64,000 nucleotides of DNA, taken from the NCBI RefSeq assembly GCF_009914755.1, contig NC_060939.1. One strand, 5' to 3'. Shown here piece after piece: positions 53,801 to 64,000 of this stretch. Source of the stretch: the human T2T-CHM13v2.0 reference genome, Homo sapiens. Every line of letters starts with the position of its first letter. Within the stretch, counting starts at the first letter, position 1. The notes under the pieces are model-generated. The model had not been told where the DNA came from and made no database searches. It saw nothing but the letters and a program-made list of their open reading frames with translations. The translations under genes were made by a program, and so were the position numbers.

Positions 53801-56330
53801 TCCATTCCGTTCCATTTCTTTCCGTTCTGTACGATTCCTACCGTTCGATTTCATTTTCTTCCAGTCCATTCTTTCGCGTCCATTCCATTCCATTTCACTC
53901 CATTCGATTCCATTCCACTCGATTCCACTTCGTTCCATTTCATTGCATTCCATTCTATTCAACTCTATTGCCTTCCATTCCATTCCATTCGATTACATTC
54001 CATGCGATTCCATTCGAAATCGAATCAATTACATTGCAATCCATTACTATTGAGTCCGTTTTATTCCAGTCCACTGCATTCTGGTCCATTCCATTTGATT
54101 CCATTCCATTCTATTCCATTCCATACAGTTGCATTCCATTGGATTCCATGCTATATCTATAAATTCAATTCGAGACCATTGCTTTTGAGTCCATTCTATA
54201 TGATTCCATTCCATTCAAGTCCATTACATTTGGTTAAATTCCATTCCATTCGGTTCAATTCCATTCCATTCGATTCCCTTCCATTCCATTCCAGTTGATA
54301 TCAATCCATTCGATTCCATTCCATTCGAGCACATTCCATTCGAGTCCATTCCATTCGATGCCATTCCATTTGATTCTATTCCATTAGTCTCCATTCAATT
54401 CCATTAATCTCCATTCCATTCCATTCTACTCCAACTGATTCCATTCCATTCTATTCCTTTCCATTCCATTTCATTCCATTCCATTCCATTGCATTCCATT
54501 CCATTCCATTCCATTCGTGTCCATTCCACTCCAGTCCATTCCATTCGTATCCATTCCATTCCAGTCCATTCCATTTGTGTCCACTGCATTCCATTCCACT
54601 CCATTCCATATTATTCCATTACACTCCATTCCATTCTATTACTTTCATTTCCATTCAATTCCATTCCATTTGATTCCATTCCACTCGGTTTCATTCCATT
54701 TGAGTCCACTCCATTCCATTCCATTCCATTCAGTTCCATTCCATTCTGTTCCATTCCATTCCGTTCCATTACATTCCATTCCATTCGGTACCATTCCATA
54801 TTGTTCCATTCGATTCCATTCGAATCCATTCCATTCCAGTCCATTCCATTCGATTCCATTCCATTCATTTCAATTCCATTCCATTCCATTCCATTACATT
54901 CCACTTGATTCCTCTCCATTCCCTTCCACTGCATTCCGTTCGATTCCATTCCATTGCATTGCATTCCATTCCATTGGATTGCATTCCATTCGATTCCATT
55001 CCATTCGAATCAATTACGTAGCAATCCATTACATTCGAGTCTATTCTCTTCCGTTCCATTCGATTTCGTTCCAATCCATTCGATTCCATTCCATTCGATT
55101 CCATTCCATACTATTGCATTCCATTCGATTACATTATATTCGAATAAGTTCCATTCAAGACCATTTCTTTTGAGTCCATTCTATTTGAGTCCATTCCCTT
55201 TGATTCCATAACATTTGAGTCCATTCAATTCCATTCCTTTCGTTTCCATTCCATTTGATGCCATTCCATTCAATTCTGTTCTACTCGACTCCAATACATT
55301 CAATTCCATTCCATCCGATTCCATTACATTCTTTTCATTTCTTATCCATTTCAAGCCATTCCACTCCATTCCATTCCACTCGTTTCCTTTCCATTCGAGT
55401 CCATTCCTCTCCAGTCCATTCCGTTCAATCCATTCCATTCCAGTCCATTCCATTCGAGTCCGTTCCATTCCAGTCCATTCCATTCGAGTCAATTCCATTC
55501 CATTCGATGTCTTTCCATAACGATCCATTCCATTCTATTCCTTTCGATTCCATTCCATTCTATTTCATTCCATTCGATTCCCTTCCATTGGACTCCTTTC
55601 CATTCGAGTGCATTCCATTCCGTTCCATTTCTTTCCGTTCTGTACGATTCCTACCGTTCGATTTCATTTTCTTCCAGTCCATTCTTTCGCGTCCATTCCA
55701 TTCCATTTCACTCCATTCGATTCCATTCCACTCGATTCCACTTCGTTCCATTTCATTGCATTCCATTCTATTCAACTCTATTGCCTTCCATTCCAATCCA
55801 TTCGATTACATTCCATGCGATTCCATTCGAAATCGAATCAATTACATTGTAATCCATTACTATTGAGTCCGTTTTATTCCAGTCCACTGCATTCTGGTCC
55901 ATTCCATTTGATTCCATTCCATTCTATTCCATTCCATACAGTTGCATTCCATTGGATTCCATGCTATATCTATAAATTCAATTCGAGACCATTGCTTTTG
56001 AGTCCATTCTATATGATTCCATTCCATTCAAGTCCATTACATTTGGTTAAATTCCATTCCATTCGGTTCAATTCCATTCCATTCCATTCCCTTCCATTCC
56101 ATTCCAGTTGATATCAATCCATTCGATTCCATTCCATTCGAGCACATTCCATTCGAGTCCATTCCATTCGATGCCATTCCATTTGATTCTATTCCATTAG
56201 TCTCCATTCAATTCCATTAATCTCCATTCCATTCCATTCTACTCCAACTGATTCCATTCCATTCTATTCCTTTCCATTCCATTTCATTCCATTCCATTCC
56301 ATTGCATTCCATTCCATTCCATTCCATTCG
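50870..56330 (+). repeat. Recent local amplification of one 1813 bp monomer (3 consecutive periods)
   Basis: Periods 51555->53368->55181->56994 are all 1813. The private variant ATTACGTAGC occurs at ~51391, ~53204 and ~55017 only. Ends are approximate. Confidence 0.85.
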
Positions 56331-59300
56331 TGTCCATTCCACTCCAGTCCATTCCATTCGTATCCATTCCATTCCAGTCCATTCCATTTGTGTCCACTGC
56401 ATTCCATTCCACTCCATTCCATATTATTCCATTACACTCCATTCCATTCTATTACTTTCATTTCCATTCAATTCCATTCCATTTGATTCCATTCCACTCG
56501 GTTTCATTCCATTTGAGTCCACTCCATTCCATTCCATTCCATTCAGTTCCATTCCATTCTGTTCCATTCCATTCCGTTCCATTACATTCCATTCCATTCG
56601 GTACCATTCCATATTGTTCCATTCGATTCCATTCGAATCCATTCCATTCCAGTCCATTCCATTCGATTCCATTCCATTCATTTCAATTCCATTCCATTCC
56701 ATTCCATTACATTCCACTTGATTCCTCTCCATTCCCTTCCACTGCATTCCGTTCGATTCCATTCCATTGCATTGCATTCCATTCCATTGGATTGCATTCC
56801 ATTCGATTCCATTCCATTCGAATCAATTACATAGCAATCCATTACATTCGAGTCTATTCTCTTCCGTTCCATTCGATTTCGTTCCAATCCATTCGATTCC
56901 ATTCCATTCGATTCCATTCCATACTATTGCATTCCATTCGATTACATTATATTCGAATAAGTTCCATTCAAGACCATTTCTTTTGAGTCCATTCTATTTG
57001 AGTCCATTCCCTTTGATTCCATAACATTTGAGTCCATTCAATTCCATTCCTTTCGTTTCCATTCCATTTGATGCCATTCCATTCAATTCTGTTCTACTCG
57101 ACTCCAATACATTCAATTCCATTCCATCCGATTCCATTACATTCTTTTCATTTCTTATCCATTTCAAGCCATTCCACTCCATTCCATTCCACTCGTTTCC
57201 TTTCCATTCGAGTCCATTCCTCTCCAGTCCATTCCGTTCAATCCATTCCATTCCAGTCCATTCCATTCGAGTCCGTTCCATTCCAGTCCATTCCATTCGA
57301 GTCAATTCCATTCCATTCGATGTCTTTCCATAACGATCCATTCCATTCTATTCCTTTCGATTCCATTCCATTCTATTTCATTCCATTCGATTCCCTTCCA
57401 TTGGACTCCTTTCCATTCGAGTGCATTCCATTCCGTTCCATTTCTTTCCGTTCTGTACGATTCCTACCGTTCGATTTCATTTTCTTCCAGTCCATTCTTT
57501 CGCGTCCATTCCATTCCATTTCACTCCATTCGATTCCATTCCACTCGATTCCACTTCGTTCCATTTCATTGCATTCCATTCTATTCAACTCTATTGCCTT
57601 CCATTCCATTCCATTCGATTACATTCCATGCGATTCCATTCGAAATCGAATCAATTACATTGCAATCCATTACTATTGAGTCCGTTTTATTCCAGTCCAC
57701 TGCATTCTGGTCCATTCCATTTGATTCCATTCCATTCTATTCCATTCCATACAGTTGCATTCCATTGGATTCCATGCTATATCTATAAATTCAATTCGAG
57801 ACCATTGCTTTTGAGTCCATTCTATATGATTCCATTCCATTCAAGTCCATTACATTTGGTTAAATTCCATTCCATTCGGTTCAATTCCATTCCATTCCAT
57901 TCCCTTCCATTCCATTCCAGTTGATATCAATCCATTCGATTCCATTCCATTCGAGCACATTCCATTCGAGTCCATTCCATTCGATGCCATTCCATTTGAT
58001 TCTATTCCATTAGTCTCCATTCAATTCCATTAATCTCCATTCCATTCCATTCTACTCCAACTGATTCCATTCCATTCTATTCCTTTCCATTCCATTTCAT
58101 TCCATTCCATTCCATTCCATTCCATTCCATTCCATTCGTGTCCATTCCACTCCAGTCCATTCCATTCGTATCCATTCCATTCCAGTCCATTCCATTTGTG
58201 TCCACTGCATTCCATTCCACTCCATTCCATATTATTCCATTACACTCCATTCCATTCTATTACTTTCATTTCCATTCAATTCCATTCCATTTGATTCCAT
58301 TCCACTCGGTTTCATTCCATTTGAGTCCACTCCATTCCATTCCATTCCATTCAGTTCCATTCCATTCTGTTCCATTCCATTCCGTTCCATTACATTCCAT
58401 TCCATTCGGTACCATTCCATATTGTTCCATTCGATTCCATTCGAATCCATTCCATTCCAGTCCATTCCATTCGATTCCATTCCATTCATTTCAATTCCAT
58501 TCCATTCCATTACATTACATTCCACTTGATTCCTCTCCATTCCCTTCCACTGCATTCCGTTCGATTCCATTCCATTGCATTGCATTCCATTCCATTGGAT
58601 TGCATTCCATTCGATTCCATTCCATTCGAATCAATTACATAGCAATCCATTACATTCGAGTCTATTCTCTTCCGTTCCATTCGATTTCGTTCCAATCCAT
58701 TCGAATCCATTCCATTCGATTCCATTCCATACTATTGCATTCCATTCGATTACATTATATTCGAATAAGTTCCATTCAAGACCATTTCTTTTGAGTCCAT
58801 TCTATTTGAGTCCATTCCCTTTGATTCCATAACATTTGAGTCCATTCAATTCCATTCCTTTCGTTTCCATTCCATTTGATGCCATTCCATTCAATTCTGT
58901 TCTACTCGACTCCAATACATTCAATTCCATTCCATCCGATTCCATTACATTCTTTTCATTCCTTATCCATTTCAAGCCATTCCACTCCATTCCATTCCAC
59001 TCGTTTCCTTTCCATTCGAGTCCATTCCTCTCCAGTCCATTCCGTTCAATCCATTCCATTCCAGTCCATTCCATTCGAGTCCGTTCCATTCCAGTCCATT
59101 CCATTCGAGTCAATTCCATTCCATTCGATGTCTTTCCATAACGATCCATTCCATTCTATTCCTTTCGATTCCATTCCATTCTATTTCATTCCATTCGATT
59201 CCCTTCCATTGGACTCCTTTCCATTCGAGTGCATTCCATTCCGTTCCATTTCTTTCCGTTCTGTACGATTCCTACCGTTCGATTTCATTTTGTTCCAGTC

Positions 59301-62300
59301 CATTCTTTCGCGTCCATTCATTCCATTTCACTCCATTCGATTCCATTCCACTCGATTCCACTTCGTTCCATTTCATTGCATTCCATTCTATTCAACTCTA
59401 TTGCCTTCCATTCCATTCCATTCGATTACATTCCATGCGATTCCATTCGAAATCGAATCAATTACATTGCAATCCATTACTATTGAGTCCGTTTTATTCC
59501 AGTCCACTGCATTCTGGTCCATTCCATTTGATTCCATTCCATTCTATTCCATTCCATACAGTTGCATTCCATTGGATTCCATGCTATATCTATAAATTCA
59601 ATTCGAGACCACTGCTTTTGAGTCCATTCTATATGATTCCATTCCATTCAAGTCCATTACATTTGGTTAAATTCCATTCCATTCGGTTCAATTCCATTCC
59701 ATTCCATTCCCTTCCATTCCATTCCAGTTGATATCAATCCATTCGATTCCATTCCATTCGAGCACATTCCATTCGAGTCCATTCCATTCGATGCCATTCC
59801 ATTTGATTCTATTCCATTAGTCTCCATTCAATTCCATTAATCTCCATTCCATTCCATTCTACTCCAACTGATTCCATTCCATTCTATTCCTTTTTATTCC
59901 ATTTCATTCCATTGCATTCCATTCCATTCCATTCCATTCGTGTCCATTCCACTCCAGTCCATTCCATTCGTATCCATTCCATTCCAGTCCATTCCATTTG
60001 TGTCCACTGCATTCCATTCCACTCCATTCCATATTATTCCATTACACTCCATTCCATTCTATTACTTTCATTTCCATTCAATTCCATTCCATTTGATTCC
60101 ATTCCACTCGGTTTCATTCCATTTGAGTCCACTCCATTCCATTCCATTCCATTCAGTTCCATTCCATTCTGTTCCATTCCATTCCGTTCCATTACATTCC
60201 ATTCCATTCGGTACCATTCCATATTGTTCCATTCGATTCCATTCGAATCCATTCCATTCCAGTCCATTCCATTCGATTCCATTCCATTCATTTCAATTCC
60301 ATTCCATTCCATTCCATTACATTCCACTTGATTCCTCTCCATTCCCTTCCACTGCATTCCGTTCGATTCCATTCCATTGCATTGCATTCCATTCCATTGG
60401 ATTGCATTCCATTCGATTCCATTCCATTCGAATCAATTACATAGCAATCCATTACATTCGAGTCTATTCTCTTCCGTTCCATTCGATTTCGTTCCAATCC
60501 ATTCGATTCCATTCCATTCGATTCCATTCCATACTATTGCATTCCATTCGATTACATTATATTCGAATAAGTTCCATTCAAGACCATTTCTTTTGAGTCC
60601 ATTCTATTTGAGTCCATTCCCTTTGATTCCATAACATTTGAGTCCATTCAATTCCATTCCTTTCGTTTCCATTCCATTTGATGCCATTCCATTCAATTCT
60701 GTTCTACTCGACTCCAATACATTCAATTCCATTCCATCCGATTCCATTACATTCTTTTCATTTCTTATCCATTTCAAGCCATTCCACTCCATTCCATTCC
60801 ACTCGTTTCCTTTCCATTCGAGTCCATTCCTCTCCAGTCCATTCCGTTCAATCCATTCCATTCCAGTCCATTCCATTCGAGTCCGTTCCATTCCAGTCCA
60901 TTCCATTCGAGTCAATTCCATTCCATTCGATGTCTTTCCATAACGATCCATTCCATTCTATTCCTTTCGATTCCATTCCATTCTATTTCATTCCATTCGA
61001 TTCCCTTCCATTGGACTCCTTTCCATTCGAGTGCATTCCATTCCGTTCCATTTCTTTCCGTTCTGTACGATTCCTACCATTCGATTTCATTTTCTTCCAG
61101 TCCATTCTTTCGCGTCCATTCCATTCCATTTCACTCCATTCGATTCCATTCCACTCGATTCCACTTCGTTCCATTTCATTGCATTCCATTCTATTCAACT
61201 CTATTGCCTTCCATTCCATTCCATTCGATTACATTCCATGCGATTCCATTCGAAATCGAATCAATTACATTGCAATCCATTACTATTGAGTCCGTTTTAT
61301 TCCAGTCCACTGCATTCTGGTCCATTCCATTTGATTCCATTCCATTCTATTCCATTCCATACAGTTGCATTCCATTGGATTCCATGCTATATCTATAAAT
61401 TCAATTCGAGACCATTGCTTTTGAGTCCATTCTATATGATTCCATTCCATTCAAGTCCATTACATTTGGTTAAATTCCATTCCATTCGGTTCAATTCCAT
61501 TCCATTCCATTCCCTTCCATTCCATTCCAGTTGATATCAATCCATTCGATTCCATTCCATTCGAGCACATTCCATTCGAGTCCATTCCATTCGATGCCAT
61601 TCCATTTGATTCTATTCCATTAGTCTCCATTCAATTCCATTAATCTCCATTCCATTCCATTCTACTCCAACTGATTCCATTCCATTCTATTCCTTTCCAT
61701 TCCATTTCATTCCATTCCATTCCATTGCATTCCATTCCATTCCATTCCATTCGTGTCCATTCCACTCCAGTCCATTCCATTCGTATCCATTCCATTCCAG
61801 TCCATTCCATTTGTGTCCACTGCATTCCATTCCACTCCATTCCATATTATTCCATTACACTCCATTCCATTCTATTACTTTCATTTCCATTCAATTCCAT
61901 TCCATTTGATTCCATTCCACTCGGTTTCATTCCATTTGAGTCCACTCCATTCCATTCCATTCCATTCAGTTCCATTCCATTCTGTTCCATTCCATTCCGT
62001 TCCATTACATTCCATTCCATTCGGTACCATTCCATATTGTTCCATTCGATTCCATTCGAATCCATTCCATTCCAGTCCATTCCATTCGATTCCATTCCAT
62101 TCATTTCAATTCCATTCCATTCCATTCCATTACATTCCACTTGATTCCTCTCCATTCCCTTCCACTGCATTCCGTTCGATTCCATTCCATTGCATTGCAT
62201 TCCATTCCATTGGATTGCATTCCATTCGATTCCATTCCATTCGAATCAATTACATAGCAATCCATTACATTCGAGTCTATTCTCTTCCGTTCCATTCGAT

Positions 62301-64000
62301 TTCGTTCCAATCCATTCGATTCCATTCCATTCGATTCCATTCCATACTATTGCATTCCATTCGATTACATTATATTCGAATAAGTTCCATTCAAGACCAT
62401 TTCTTTTGAGTCCATTCTATTTGAGTCCATTCCCTTTGATTCCATAACATTTGAGTCCATTCAATTCCATTCCTTTCGTTTCCATTCCATTTGATGCCAT
62501 TCCATTCAATTCTGTTCTACTCGACTCCAATACATTCAATTCCATTCCATCCGATTCCATTACATTCTTTTCATTTCTTATCCATTTCAAGCCATTCCAC
62601 TCCATTCCATTCCACTCGTTTCCTTTCCATTCGAGTCCATTCCTCTCCAGTCCATTCCGTTCAATCCATTCCATTCCAGTCCATTCCATTCGAGTCCGTT
62701 CCATTCCAGTCCATTCCATTCGAGTCAATTCCATTCCATTCGATGTCTTTCCATAACGATCCATTCCATTCTATTCCTTTCGATTCCATTCCATTCTATT
62801 TCATTCCATTCGATTCCCTTCCATTGGACTCCTTTCCATTCGAGTGCATTCCATTCCGTTCCATTTCTTTCCGTTCTGTACGATTCCTACCGTTCGATTT
62901 CATTTTCTTCCAGTCCATTCTTTCGCGTCCATTCCATTCCATTTCACTCCATTCGATTCCATTCCACTCGATTCCACTTCGTTCCATTTCATTGCATTCC
63001 ATTCTATTCAACTCTATTGCCTTCCATTCCATTCCATTCGATTACATTCCATGCGATTCCATTCGAAATCGAATCAATTACATTGCAATCCATTACTATT
63101 GAGTCCGTTTTATTCCAGTCCACTGCATTCTGGTCCATTCCATTTGATTCCATTCCATTCTATTCCATTCCATACAGTTGCATTCCATTGGATTCCATGC
63201 TATATCTATAAATTCAATTCGAGACCATTGCTTTTGAGTCCATTCTATATGATTCCATTCCATTCAAGTCCATTACATTTGGTTAAATTCCATTCCATTC
63301 GGTTCAATTCCATTCCATTCCATTCCCTTCCATTCCATTCCAGTTGATATCAATCCATTCGATTCCATTCCATTCGAGCACATTCCATTCGAGTCCATTC
63401 CATTCGATGCCATTCCATTTGATTCTATTCCATTAGTCTCCATTCAATTCCATTAATCTCCATTCCATTCCATTCTACTCCAACTGATTCCATTCCATTC
63501 TATTCCTTTCCATTCCATTTCATTCCATTCCATTCCATTCCATTCCATTCCATTCCATTCGTGTCCATTCCACTCCAGTCCATTCCATTCGTATCCATTC
63601 CATTCCAGTCCATTCCATTTGTGTCCACTGCATTCCATTCCACTCCATTCCATATTATTCCATTACACTCCATTCCATTCTATTACTTTCATTTCCATTC
63701 AATTCCATTCCATTTGATTCCATTCCACTCGGTTTCATTCCATTTGAGTCCACTCCATTCCATTCCATTCCATTCAGTTCCATTCCATTCTGTTCCATTC
63801 CATTCCGTTCCATTACATTCCATTCCATTCGGTACCATTCCATATTGTTCCATTCGATTCCATTCGAATCCATTCCATTCCAGTCCATTCCATTCGATTC
63901 CATTCCATTCATTTCAATTCCATTCCATTCCATTACATTACATTCCACTTGATTCCTCTCCATTCCCTTCCACTGCATTCCGTTCGATTCCATTCCATTG

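Larger units (their letters stand above)
1..64000 (+). repeat. Human satellite 3 (HSat3 / satellite III) array, CATTC on + strand; ~35.5 tandem ~1.8 kb monomers; probably D15Z1-type (chr15 short arm)
   Basis: Continuous diverged CATTC pentamers with long pure (CATTC)n runs; the GATGAT-containing 23/26-mers typical of HSat2 are absent. A landmark block recurs at 1144, 2923, 4807, 6630, 8438, 10245, 12038 ... 60604, 62417 (35 copies, periods 1774-1884 bp). There is one KpnI site per monomer. HSat3 identity is near certain; the D15Z1/chr15 assignment rests on the known 1.8 kb KpnI periodicity of that array and is less certain (~0.75). Confidence 0.98.

Noticed and set aside
13-63993. Hundreds of ORFs (IPFHS-repeat on +, MEWNG-repeat on -), up to 308 aa, including a 115 aa ORF in all 35 monomers
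   Set aside because: (CATTC)n and (GGAAT)n contain no stop codon in any frame, so long overlapping ORFs are expected. There are no recognisable domains, and frames shift freely with the 1 bp A/B/C indels.
1-64000. CRISPR-like or other repeat-spacer array / novel prokaryotic system
   Set aside because: There are no unique spacers and no associated genes. All non-pentamer landmarks repeat with the 1.8 kb period.
1-64000. HSat2 (chr1 1.77 kb unit) or Y-chromosome DYZ1 (3.6 kb unit) identity
   Set aside because: HSat2-type GATGAT motifs are absent. The 3.6 kb rhythm here is a dimer of two near-identical 1.8 kb monomers, and there is no per-unit EcoRI site as in DYZ1.
1-64000. Embedded Alu/L1/other insertion or strand inversion
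   Set aside because: No non-satellite segment, poly(A) tail or switch to GGAAT on the + strand was seen, and monomer spacing leaves no room for an insertion.

Overview
The whole 64 kb window is a single-orientation, uninterrupted array of classical human satellite 3 (HSat3), built from diverged (CATTC)n/(GGAAT)n pentamers. It is organised as about 35.5 tandem copies of a ~1.8 kb monomer. The 34 measurable periods are 1774-1884 bp (mean ~1802 bp), and each monomer carries one KpnI (GGTACC) and one EcoRV (GATATC) site. A 1.8 kb KpnI-periodic satellite III best matches the chromosome 15p D15Z1 array; this assignment is an inference. I see no genes, RNA genes, transposons, CRISPR arrays or inversions, and every listed ORF is an artefact of translating a stop-free pentamer. 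I found no evidence for a new protein-coding system. The real information is architectural: three indel-defined monomer classes (A/B/C), an AB dimer rhythm, a near-perfect 12,573 bp (ABABABC)x2 duplication with a junction mappable to ~80 bp, a recent 1813 bp triplication, a private 90 bp duplication, related older monomers on both sides of the young block, mosaic monomers, and an ancient ~0.83 kb-offset duplication inside the monomer.
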